This document shows, one piece after another, positions 30,305 through 40,426 of a stretch of 42,829 bases of DNA. Source of the DNA: Candidatus Scalinduaceae bacterium (GTDB taxonomy: Bacteria > Planctomycetota > Brocadiia > Brocadiales > Scalinduaceae); NCBI GenBank assembly GCA_046759445.1, contig JBHICG010000025.1:1-42829 (forward strand). The letters are read 5' to 3'. The notes beneath the pieces were generated by a model. It made no database searches, was not told where the DNA came from, and saw only the letters and a program-made list of their open reading frames with translations. A program made the position numbers and the translations under genes. The first letter of the stretch is position 1, and the number at the start of each line of letters is the position of its first letter.

Positions 30305-30536
30305 TTTTATTACTCTCTTTTACATCCTGTATTAATTTTTCTATTACATTTTTGTGTCTTTGTGTATCATCCCTTAATTTCGTTATTATTACCTTTATTT
30401 TCTCTTTTTTTTCTTCACTTAACCACTCGTAATATTTAAGTGAGTTAATAGTATAATCATAGAAGTGATTGTTTGCTTCTTCTTCGCATTCCAGAGCGTT
30501 AAGTAGCGTTTTGATAAGGATTTTTTTCTTAATCAT
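30294..30536 (-). CDS. Small ferritin-like half-bundle protein
   Basis: ALECEEEANNHFY and LRDDTQRH; overlaps the downstream paralogue by 11 nt. Confidence 0.62.
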   Translation of the reverse strand: MIKKKILIKTLLNALECEEEANNHFYDYTINSLKYYEWLSEEKKEKIKVIITKLRDDTQRHKNVIEKLIQDVKESNKNVF

Positions 30537-30586
30537 ATTTCATTACTATAACAAACAATCATTAAAGAAAACAAGTTTAAAAAAGA

Positions 30587-32131
30587 ATGAGTTATCCACT
30601 ATTTGTTAAGAGAGATATAGATGGTTTTTTTGGTCTTGCCATCGATAATCTTATCCAATTAATACTCATTGTGAGTTTTTGCAAGACGCTTTGCGGTATG
30701 CCTGACGAACTTGTCTTCGGTGTAATACTTCCCGGATCAGCTATTTCAATACTCCTGGGAAACCTTTTCTACTCATGGCAGGCAAGAAAGCTCGCAATCA
30801 AAACAAAAAGAAATGACGTAACAGCATTACCATACGGCATAAACACTGTTAGTCTTTTTGCCTTCATCTTCTTTATAATGCTTCCCGTTTATGAGGATAC
30901 AAAAGACCCATACCTGGCATGGAAGATTGGAATGATTGCCTGTTTCCTTAGCGGAGTGATAGAGATGTTGGGGGCGTTGATTGGGGAAAGCCTGAGGCGG
31001 ATTACTCCAAGGGCTGCCTTGCTGTCCACACTTGCGGGAATTGCAATTACATTTATTTCTATGGATTTTGCATTTAAGATATTTGAAAAACCCATAATAG
31101 CCCTGTTCCCGCTTGCGTTTATCCTTGTCCAGTATTTTTCAAAAGTAAGATTTCCATTGGGACTACCAGGAGGCCTAATTGCCATTGTCGTTGGCACAGG
31201 ATTGGCCTGGCTGCTGGGTTATATGGATGGTGGAAGCACTGTGACTGAAAATGGAGTCTTTCATTTTTCTCCACCGCACTTTAGCGGGGCAAGTATGATA
31301 GACATAATCCAGAGCAAATATATGCTTCAATATATATCTATCATTATTCCCATGGGAGTGTTCAATGTTGTGGGCTCTCTGCAAAATATTGAGAGTGCCG
31401 AGGCGGCAGGAGATAAGTATAACACATTTTCATCACTATTAACTAATGGAATAGGTTCAGTTGTAGCATCAATATTTGGCAGTTGCTTCCCCACAACCAT
31501 ATATATAGGCCATCCCGGCTGGAAGGCAATAGGCGCCAGGGGCGGATATTCAATCCTGAACGGAATCTTTATAACAACCATATGTTTGACTGGATTTATA
31601 ACCGTTATCCTCAAGGTTGTGCCACTTGAAGCGGGAATAGGGATTTTATTATGGATAGGGATCGTAATAGTTGCACAGGCATTCCAGGAAACACCTAAAC
31701 ATCATGCTCCTGCCGTCGCCGTGGGTCTCTTCCCCGCAATTGCGGCATGGGGGTTGCTGATGGTTGAAAGTACTCTCAGGTCATCCGGGACTACCCTCTT
31801 TATCCTTGGCAAGGATGCATTTGCCAACAATCTGGCCATTCATGGAATGATATCACTCGAAAGAGGATTTATATTCACGTCCATGATACTAGCATCAATT
31901 TCAGTCTTTCTGATTGAAAAGAAATTCCTGAGAGCATGTGCCTGGTCGCTTGGAGCAGCTCTGCTCTCTTACATAGGCGTTATCCATGCATACGCGCTCA
32001 CACCTAATGGCGTGGTTAGTGTATTTGGATTTGGGATGGCAAACGATTTCTCGATAGGTTATTGCTCCTTTGCCATACTATTCATTGCCATGTATTTTTA
32101 TACACGTGGGAATGAGAAGATGTGTCCCTAA
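30587..32131 (+). CDS. NCS2/AzgA-like nucleobase permease
   Basis: Polytopic membrane protein with DIDGFFGL, TALPYGIN, PRAALL, QNIESAEAAGD and YIGHPGWK. Confidence 0.82.
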   Translation: MSYPLFVKRDIDGFFGLAIDNLIQLILIVSFCKTLCGMPDELVFGVILPGSAISILLGNLFYSWQARKLAIKTKRNDVTALPYGINTVSLFAFIFFIMLPVYEDTKDPYLAWKIGMIACFLSGVIEMLGALIGESLRRITPRAALLSTLAGIAITFISMDFAFKIFEKPIIALFPLAFILVQYFSKVRFPLGLPGGLIAIVVGTGLAWLLGYMDGGSTVTENGVFHFSPPHFSGASMIDIIQSKYMLQYISIIIPMGVFNVVGSLQNIESAEAAGDKYNTFSSLLTNGIGSVVASIFGSCFPTTIYIGHPGWKAIGARGGYSILNGIFITTICLTGFITVILKVVPLEAGIGILLWIGIVIVAQAFQETPKHHAPAVAVGLFPAIAAWGLLMVESTLRSSGTTLFILGKDAFANNLAIHGMISLERGFIFTSMILASISVFLIEKKFLRACAWSLGAALLSYIGVIHAYALTPNGVVSVFGFGMANDFSIGYCSFAILFIAMYFYTRGNEKMCP

Positions 32132-32144
32132 CCAAGGGTAGGCA

Positions 32145-32236
32145 TAATCCCTGTTTAACGGTCGCTGTCCCTAGTTTCTGTCGTCCCTAGTTTCTGTCTA
32201 ATCCCTGTTTAACGGTCGCTGTCCCTAGTTTCTGTC
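32145..32236. repeat. Exact 38-bp direct repeat with an intervening 16-bp partial copy
   Basis: taatccctgtttaacggtcgctgtccctagtttctgtc at 32145-32182 and 32199-32236; gtccctagtttctgtc at 32183-32198. Confidence 0.92.
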
Positions 32237-32412
32237 AATCCTGTAGCTTTAAGATATTGAGCAGCTATTGCTTCCGGTGATGAGATTGAGCAAGGGGTTG
32301 CAGTCTAATTCGGATACAAAGATTTGATTGATGTATTAAAGGTGAAAAAATCATCATAAAAGGGTTGTATCCCTTTCAGCCCTTTTCGAAATTATTCAGA
32401 GAGTGATCCTAG

Positions 32413-33093
32413 ATGGTAAGGGCATGCGATATTATTAATAAAAAATATAATAAACTAGAAAGTAAATACGGCTCCACACGCTCAACACTCTTTGGGAGAT
32501 TTTACGAGAAGATAATATCCAAATGGTTAGAAGAAAGAGAAAAGTATACTCTAGAACGATGGCCAAATAATAAAGTAGTGCGTAAGCCACGGATTTATTG
32601 GAACAATATCTTCTTAGACAATTTTAACTTTAGTAAAGATTGGTTTGTAAGAGATGAAGTTGAGGAATCTCTGAATTTTTTGAAGAACAAAAAAAGTCAT
32701 TGCACACTCGACGGTACTTTTAAGAAAAATGACAAGTTCTACATATGGGAAGCAAAAAATTGGCCTTTGTATCCAGAAAAAGGACCAAAACATCAAATAA
32801 GGAAATATCTTACTAACAATCCTTGGATATTTGACAAGAAGTTTGACATTGGCGGTAAAAATTACGAAATATCAGGATTTTTATTTTCTTTCTGGAATAT
32901 GGAACTAAAGGATAAAACAGAAATCGAAGAAGGAGTAAACCAAATTATAGGAGAAAATAAATTTAAAATTATTCTAACTCAAGCGATATTAGATGATTGT
33001 TTAGGTAAACAATATGACTGGTATCGTGAAATAATAAAGGAAGAGAAAGCAAATATTGATGATTTTTTTGATCAGCTTCTTAGTAGAAAATAG
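32413..33093 (+). CDS. Hypothetical PD-(D/E)xK restriction-endonuclease-like protein
   Basis: GRFYEKII helix, then TLDGTF and YIWEAKNW, matching the E...D...ExK catalytic layout. Confidence 0.62.
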   Translation: MVRACDIINKKYNKLESKYGSTRSTLFGRFYEKIISKWLEEREKYTLERWPNNKVVRKPRIYWNNIFLDNFNFSKDWFVRDEVEESLNFLKNKKSHCTLDGTFKKNDKFYIWEAKNWPLYPEKGPKHQIRKYLTNNPWIFDKKFDIGGKNYEISGFLFSFWNMELKDKTEIEEGVNQIIGENKFKIILTQAILDDCLGKQYDWYREIIKEEKANIDDFFDQLLSRK

Positions 33094-33144
33094 TCCTTTC
33101 AAATAGGCATTATCACCTAATAGAGTGAACCTTCTTTAAAAAAC

Positions 33145-34017
33145 ATGAATAGTGTCAAATGGTTACAGTTTTTTGAGCGAATTAGCTGTTTTTACAGGCA
33201 AATGCTAATGCTCCCATTATGGAGTAAATATCCACATCATGTCACAGACGGATGGGACTCTTTAGCTATATTTTTAGAGGGCTATGCTTTTGAAAGACAA
33301 GGAAGACGACCGGATTATTCTCATGTAGCGATAGATGCTTTGATTGATTGCAAAAAGCAAAATAATGGTAACCTGACTACAGGCATAGTTAATTATGTTT
33401 GGCAGAGCTTTAAGGATAAACTTAGTAATAAAAGTTTAAATTATCAAAATAATCCTCTGTGTCCAAGAGGAAAGGAATATTCAAAACGTTACAAACAATC
33501 TATAAAGCATTGTCACACTCAACAACCTTCCTTAATAGAGATGTTCTTGGAAAAAATTATGCCACAGGAATTAACCTTAACATCATATTTTCAAAATCGA
33601 ATTATAGAAGATAATGAATCTCGACCTTCATACGATTTATTGAAATCTGTTCAAGGAATAGGGAAAAAGGTTTCCTCTTTTTATCTTAGAGACTTAACAG
33701 ATATGATGGATAGCATCACTCTTGAAAAGTTAAAAGATAGGCAACTGTTACAACCAATAGATATTTGGGTTGAAAGAACAGTGAAAATTTTAGCTGAAAG
33801 TAAGAATATGAAAGAAGATGAAATAGCCAAATGGATAGTCGATAATTCAATACCACATATAAATCCTGAACGGGTTAATATGGGGATTTGGTTTTTCTGT
33901 TCTTCAATAGCAGGTAGTGAGTATAGACTTAATAACGCTTTAATCAGTTTGAATAATGCTCAAACCTTAGTAAATCTTTTTATGAATAGAATTAAAAATG
34001 TGTGTAAAGATTGCTAA
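33145..34017 (+). CDS. Hypothetical HhH-GPD DNA glycosylase/lyase-like protein
   Basis: Helix-hairpin-helix LKSVQGIGKKVSSFYLRD followed by QPIDIWVER (conserved Asp). Confidence 0.65.
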   Translation: MNSVKWLQFFERISCFYRQMLMLPLWSKYPHHVTDGWDSLAIFLEGYAFERQGRRPDYSHVAIDALIDCKKQNNGNLTTGIVNYVWQSFKDKLSNKSLNYQNNPLCPRGKEYSKRYKQSIKHCHTQQPSLIEMFLEKIMPQELTLTSYFQNRIIEDNESRPSYDLLKSVQGIGKKVSSFYLRDLTDMMDSITLEKLKDRQLLQPIDIWVERTVKILAESKNMKEDEIAKWIVDNSIPHINPERVNMGIWFFCSSIAGSEYRLNNALISLNNAQTLVNLFMNRIKNVCKDC

Positions 34018-34052
34018 ACTATAGGGAAAGTTCCATCAACGCTATACATATA

Positions 34053-34196
34053 AGGACAGACACTTTTTATTGCTTATTCTGGGTCAGGAGAGCAGGAGAG
34101 GGGTCAAGTCCTTCTTTGACTACATGAAAAATATAGGGTTAGGTCTTGCAATATCACAAATAAACATAATCACATCTTTTTACCTTTGCCCCCTTT
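34053..34196. repeat. Cluster of degenerate GGGGTCA/GGGACA-type short repeats
   Basis: aggacagacactttt, gggtcagg, ggggtcaagtccttctttgac, gggttaggtcttgcaatatcaca and ttgcccccttt within about 145 nt. Confidence 0.5.
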
Positions 34197-34560
34197 ACTT
34201 CGGCAAGGAACAAATAAGGACCGTTTAAAAATTTATGAGGAAATACAATGGTAATTTGAAGTAGCTAAGAAAGAATGAAAGAAATTGTTTCGCAAGAAAT
34301 TATAAAGAATAACCTGCATGCCTGTAGATCATCGAGAAATTCTTTTTGAAAATGCGAAATTACAATCTTTTGTACAATCAGGAAATTCGCCAAATGTTAT
34401 ATAGTTGTTGATATTTGTAGTATGTTTCTACATAATTACTTACATTGATTTGATTTGTGTTAAATAATTGATGCGAGATTGCAAAAAAAATCCATCTTTA
34501 TCAAAAGAATAAAAAAAAAGTACATATCGAGTATACATTATACTTTAAGGAATTATAAAT

Positions 34561-34890
34561 ATGAAACTTTCTATAAAAGAAAGAGCGATAGTTGAAGAAT
34601 TCAGACAAATAATAAACGACAAATTCCCTGATGAAATTATAGATGTATTGGTATTTGGCTCTAAAGCAAGGGGAGACGCAACGAAAGAATCAGATATTGA
34701 TGTTTTAGTAATTACGTCATCAAATAATTGGAAAAAAGGTGATGAAATTAGAGAGATCGGTTATGGACTAGACGATGAAATAGATTATAAATTATCAATT
34801 CAAGTTATTTCAAAATCACACCTTGATTATCTAAGGCAAAATAATTTTCAGTTTGTTGCAAATATAGAAAATGAAGGTATTATTGTATGA
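34561..34890 (+). CDS. Minimal nucleotidyltransferase (MNT) antitoxin-like protein
   Basis: FGSKARGD..ESDIDVLV (GS..DxD motif). Confidence 0.9.
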   Translation: MKLSIKERAIVEEFRQIINDKFPDEIIDVLVFGSKARGDATKESDIDVLVITSSNNWKKGDEIREIGYGLDDEIDYKLSIQVISKSHLDYLRQNNFQFVANIENEGIIV

Positions 34891-35291
34891 AACATATCTA
34901 TGAGGAAGAGATAAGACTAGAGATAGAGAGAAGTAAAAAAGCATTGGATGCCGCTAAAAAGCTTTTTGAAGAAGAACTGTTTGAAGACGCAATTTCTCGT
35001 TCTTATTATGCGGTTTTACATGCAGCAAAGGCGGCTTTGCTTGGAGATCACATAATAGTTGATTCACATGAAGCAGTGAAAAGGCTCTTTGGTATGCATT
35101 TGGTCAAGACAGGAAAAGTTGATGCTAAATTCTCTAAGATTCTTCGAGAAGAGCAAGATGAACGTTTTTTGGCTGATTATGATGTATCATTTTCACCTGA
35201 AAAAGAACGCGTAGAAAAGAGAATTAAAGACGCAGTGTGTTTTTTTGATGCAATGAGTTCATACCTTAAACAAAAGGATATTGATTTTTAA
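34887..35291 (+). CDS. HEPN domain protein
   Basis: AISRSYYAVLHAAKA, SHEAV and ERFLADY; ATGA overlap with the MNT gene. Confidence 0.88.
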   Translation: MKHIYEEEIRLEIERSKKALDAAKKLFEEELFEDAISRSYYAVLHAAKAALLGDHIIVDSHEAVKRLFGMHLVKTGKVDAKFSKILREEQDERFLADYDVSFSPEKERVEKRIKDAVCFFDAMSSYLKQKDIDF

Positions 35292-35402
35292 CAATAATAA
35301 CGATTCGTTCCAAAGCTGAACGAAATACAGTCAGGCGTAATCCTATTGTTGACGAATGATTCAATCCGCCAGGGTTATCTTTGCCATTTTTTCCAACGGA
35401 TT

Positions 35403-36659
35403 TTACTGACGTATCTGCCCATTACCGTGGACGATGTATTTGTATGATGTGAGCTCGTTCAGACCCATTGGACCACGGGCATGGAGTTTGTCTGTACTGA
35501 TGCCAATTTCGGCTCCCATTCCGAATTCATAACCATCGGTGAAGCGAGTGGATGCATTTACGTACACGGCTGCTGAATCAACCTCATCTGTGAATTTCTT
35601 CGCATTAGGTTCGTTCTCGGTTATTATGGCATCCGAATGTGAGGAACCGTAAACTGTGATATGATCAATGGCCTCTTCAATAGAAGATACAATTTTTACT
35701 GAAAGTATCTTTTCCAGATACTCTGTTGACCAATCTTCTTCGGTGGCCGGTTTTATGTCAGGGAGAATCTTACGGCTCTTTTCACACCCCCTCAACTCGA
35801 CCCCAGAATCTGATATACTCCTGGAAATATCTGAAAGGAATGTTTTTGATATCTTTTCATGCACCAGCATCGTCTCCATTGCATTACACGTACCCGGTCT
35901 CTGAATCTTTGCATTGAGGCATACGTCCTTTGCCATGCTCAGATTGGCAAATTCATCTACATATATATGGCATATACCCTTAAAATGTTTAATTACGGGA
36001 ATGGTTGAGTTCTCAACCACGTTTCGTATCAAACCCTCTCCACCTCGAGGAATCACCAAATCTACATATTCATCTGCCTTAAGAAGGCAGTCAACGGCCT
36101 CTCGATCAGTAGTTTCGATTACCTGAATGGCTTTTTTGTCAAGACCAACCTTTTCAAGTGCCAAACTCATTTGCTCGTAAATGGCAATATTGGAATTTAT
36201 TGATTCCTTACCACCCCGAAGTATTGTTGCATTGCCAGTCTTCAGGCAGAGAGAAGCAGCATCTGCTGTAACATTTGGTCTGGATTCATAGATAATTATT
36301 ATAACGCCTATGGGCACTCTGACTTTTTGAATTTTTAAGCCATTTGGACGGACAATCTCTTCCAACATCTCACCAACAGGGTCTTTAAGGTTTATGACCT
36401 CTCTTATACCTTTTGCCATATCCTCTATTCGCGAATCCGTTAACCTCAACCTGTCAATCATGGCAGAAGATGAGCCAGCTTTTTCAGCGGCCTTTATGTC
36501 TTTTTCATTTTCTACCATTATGCTTGTCTTACCGTTCAAGAGATTGTGTGCCATTTGTTCAAGAGCGGCATTTTTTACTGAACTACTGGCAGTGGCCATT
36601 ATGTTTGACGCTTTTTTGGCATCACTTACGACTTTATCTACGTAATCCTTAACGTTCAT
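35403..36659 (-). CDS. proA: Gamma-glutamyl phosphate reductase
   Basis: PIGVIIIIYESRPNVT, IPRGGEGLI, CNAMET, NASTRFTDG, KLHARGPMG. Confidence 0.97.
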   Translation of the reverse strand: MNVKDYVDKVVSDAKKASNIMATASSSVKNAALEQMAHNLLNGKTSIMVENEKDIKAAEKAGSSSAMIDRLRLTDSRIEDMAKGIREVINLKDPVGEMLEEIVRPNGLKIQKVRVPIGVIIIIYESRPNVTADAASLCLKTGNATILRGGKESINSNIAIYEQMSLALEKVGLDKKAIQVIETTDREAVDCLLKADEYVDLVIPRGGEGLIRNVVENSTIPVIKHFKGICHIYVDEFANLSMAKDVCLNAKIQRPGTCNAMETMLVHEKISKTFLSDISRSISDSGVELRGCEKSRKILPDIKPATEEDWSTEYLEKILSVKIVSSIEEAIDHITVYGSSHSDAIITENEPNAKKFTDEVDSAAVYVNASTRFTDGYEFGMGAEIGISTDKLHARGPMGLNELTSYKYIVHGNGQIRQ

Positions 36660-37080
36660 ATCTATATGAAATTAACAAAAATATTGATGCTATTAATATC
36701 AAACCTGAAGGTATCTGCCATGGGAAAGGGCCTTCAAATAAAAATGAATCTATTTTACTCAACATATTTGTTTTTTCGAACTCATCATTATCAGGTTCTG
36801 AAATTGAAAATTTGTATTTTTTATAAGCAACTTCTCCTGGATTGATATACCCAAATCTCTCTCTTGCTTCTCTCTCGATTTGTATCGGATCCTTAACGAG
36901 GGCTTCTTTCTCCTTTTTGAGTTCTAAGTTTTTTTTCTTTAAAAAAGTAATCTTTTCGGCAAGATACCTTTGTTTTGCTTCAAGGACTCTTCTTTCCTCG
37001 CGTTTCTGTGTAACAATAGCAGAAAAGATGATTACGATTGATACTACTATTGAAAATGTGAAAAGGAAACGTCTTAACAT
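36649..37080 (-). CDS. ftsB: FtsB/DivIC-like septum formation initiator
   Basis: N-terminal TM, coiled coil, DP..IEREARERFGYINPGE; lies downstream of eno. Confidence 0.75.
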   Translation of the reverse strand: MLRRFLFTFSIVVSIVIIFSAIVTQKREERRVLEAKQRYLAEKITFLKKKNLELKKEKEALVKDPIQIEREARERFGYINPGEVAYKKYKFSISEPDNDEFEKTNMLSKIDSFLFEGPFPWQIPSGLILIASIFLLISYRYER

Positions 37081-37202
37081 ATAAATTAGCTCCTTTCAGT
37101 CACTAATTTATTACGATTTTACTTTGCAAAACGATTATATAAAAAAACTAATTCGGCATTGAGTATCAAGTATCTAGCATCAAGCTCTTATCAAGGATCG
37201 AA

Positions 37203-38518
<1,316 letters not shown>

Positions 38519-38595
38519 ATACTTTTCCAATAAGCGTATTGTTGACATGCTAGTTGTTATATGCTAGAAGTTAGATTTACTTCGCTAGCGCGAAT

Positions 38596-38681
38596 TAGGT
38601 AGTTGGAAATAGGTAGTAGGGAACAGAGAAAACCTGGAAAAGGTTAAAAGATTTAGAGATTTAGACGTTTATAAGAAATTA
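38596..38681 (+). pseudogene. Heptamer tract plus N-terminal remnant of a four-helix-bundle protein gene
   Basis: 7-nt periodic taggtag/ttggaaa/taggtag/tagggaa/cagagaa followed by EKVKRFRDLDVYKKL (F.DL.VY motif); no ATG and an early stop. Confidence 0.55.
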
Positions 38682-38761
38682 GAAATTCAAATTTGTCTAT
38701 TCGTGGAATGAAATATCTATTTGGTTACAATATTTTATAGAAATTCTGGAGTATAACTCGT

Positions 38762-39430
38762 ATGCGACTTCCTCTTACCGAATATGGCTACAAAGAAATA
38801 TCCTTTTTTGCAATGCTTCTGTTTGTATTTCTCATTTTAAGCCTCTTTTTTTACCCGTTGGTAAGTATCCCGGTTTCTTTTAGTATGTTTTTTGTTCTCT
38901 ATTTCTTCAGGGATCCAAATAGATTTACTCCTGAAGGGGAAGAAAAAATAATTGCTCCGGCAGATGGTAGAGTAATTGAAATTTCACATGAACAAGAGAA
39001 TAATTTTTTAAAGTGTAAGGCCATCAAGGTAGGAATATTTATGTCAATCTTCAACGTTCACGTAAACAGGATGTCTTGCGGAGGGCAAATTGAATTCATA
39101 AAACATGTGAATGGAAGATTCTTTGATGCACGTTCTCCAAAATCCTCCACACAAAACGAGCACAACATGGTAGGTATTTTGACTAATGACGGAAAAACAA
39201 AGATCCTGATAAAACAAATTGCAGGGAAGGTAGCAAGGAGAATAGTATGCAACCACTCAGTTGGTCAGAAAGTTACACGTGGCCAGAGATTCGGAATGAT
39301 TAAGTTTGGTTCAAGGTTAGAAGTTTACGTTCCCGAAACGGCAGATTTCAAACTGTCCGTAAAGGAAGGTGAAAGGGTTTACGCAGGAACTACGGTGCTG
39401 GGTATATTGAAGGGAAAAGATTTAAAATAA
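38762..39430 (+). CDS. psd: Phosphatidylserine decarboxylase proenzyme
   Basis: FFRDP.R, APADG, IFMS.FNVHVNR, QIAG..ARRI and self-cleavage motif KFGSR. Confidence 0.93.
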   Translation: MRLPLTEYGYKEISFFAMLLFVFLILSLFFYPLVSIPVSFSMFFVLYFFRDPNRFTPEGEEKIIAPADGRVIEISHEQENNFLKCKAIKVGIFMSIFNVHVNRMSCGGQIEFIKHVNGRFFDARSPKSSTQNEHNMVGILTNDGKTKILIKQIAGKVARRIVCNHSVGQKVTRGQRFGMIKFGSRLEVYVPETADFKLSVKEGERVYAGTTVLGILKGKDLK

Positions 39431-39492
39431 TTCACCGCAAAGCTGCAAAGAACGCAAAGGGAGGCAGCTAATTTATAAATGGAAATAACTCT

Positions 39493-39520
39493 CTCTACTA
39501 TCTACTTACTACTCTCTACT
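39493..39520. repeat. Four tandem nnCTACT heptamers
   Basis: ctctact atctact tactact ctctact. Confidence 0.8.
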
Positions 39521-39554
39521 TTCTCTGCAGTGGGCTGCACTTTTGGAGATCGAT

Positions 39555-40199
39555 ATGTTTACGGGTATAATCGAACATTTAGGTAAAGTAAAACAAATAA
39601 AAAGACAGGCCAACTCAGTAACTATTGCCGCAGATATAGGACAAATTTCAAAAGATGTAGATCCTGGCGATAGCATTGCAATCAACGGTGCCTGCCTGAC
39701 CGTAACAGGCATAAAAGGTTCAGAGGTAAATTTTGACGTTTCGGCAGAGACGTTAAGCAAAACAACCATTGGTGAGTTAAAAACATCTGAAGGAATAAAC
39801 GTAGAAAGATCATTAAGGATAGGTGATAAACTGGGAGGACATTTTGTCACAGGACATGTAGATGGTGTAGGTGTGATAAGTAAGAGAGAAAATCAAATAG
39901 GTCAATCTACTATGTGGTTTACGGTGAGCAAGGAGCTCTCCGATATGATGATTAAAAAGGGTTCTGTAGCAGTAGACGGGATTAGTTTAACTATTGTGGA
40001 ACTTGAAGGAAATTCATTTTCAGTTGCCCTTATTCCGTATACACTTGACGCTACTACGTTGGGTTTCAAAAACACAGGTCAGAGGGTTAATATAGAAACA
40101 GACATGTTGGGTAAATGGGTAAAAAGGATATTAACGACAGATGAGAAGGCTGGAACTGGAATAACTGAGGAAATGTTAAAGGAAAAGGGGTTCATATAA
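39555..40199 (+). CDS. ribE: Riboflavin synthase (alpha-type)
   Basis: Diagnostic MFTGII N-terminus at 39555, GDSIAINGACLT, GGHFVTGHVD, KGSVAVDGISLT. Confidence 0.96.
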   Translation: MFTGIIEHLGKVKQIKRQANSVTIAADIGQISKDVDPGDSIAINGACLTVTGIKGSEVNFDVSAETLSKTTIGELKTSEGINVERSLRIGDKLGGHFVTGHVDGVGVISKRENQIGQSTMWFTVSKELSDMMIKKGSVAVDGISLTIVELEGNSFSVALIPYTLDATTLGFKNTGQRVNIETDMLGKWVKRILTTDEKAGTGITEEMLKEKGFI

Positions 40200-40281
40200 T
40201 TTAGTTCCCTTTAGTTGTAAATTGATCATTTATATAATTTCTATAAACCCTGTCTAATTTTTATATTCGTAATTTATAAAT

Positions 40282-40302
40282 GTAGAGTGGGCAATGCTCA
40301 CT
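40282..40302 (+). repeat. GTAG-type REP-like palindrome
   Basis: GTAG followed by agtgggca-a-tgctcact hairpin (one G-U). Confidence 0.5.
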
Positions 40303-40380
40303 TTTAAAAGAATAGGTGAAGATATCTTGTGTTGCATAATTGAATTTAATAGATGTCATAAAGTTAAGCGTTTTAGCTGG

Positions 40381-40419
40381 ACTCCTCCCCCTTTATGGGG
40401 GAGGTTAGGGTGGGGGTGA
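40381..40419. repeat. Left GC-rich REP-like repeat flanking DUF559 gene
   Basis: actcctccccctttatgggggaggttagggtgggggtga; imperfect inverted copy of 40768-40805. Confidence 0.75.
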
Positions 40420-40426
40420 TGAGAAA

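Noticed and set aside
32145..32236. Possible mini CRISPR array (38-bp repeats)
   Set aside because: Only two repeats, the 16-nt spacer is a copy of the repeat's own end, and there are no cas genes.
32243..32359. Possible gene fragment (AAIASGDEIEQGVAV*FGYKDLIDVLK) upstream of the nuclease-like gene
   Set aside because: Too short and interrupted to assign.
34198..34404. Possible degraded gene (LRQGTNKDRLKIYEEIQW*FEVAKKE*KKLFRKKL*RITCMPVDHREILFEN)
   Set aside because: Protein-like, but three stops and no family I can recognise; needs BLASTX.
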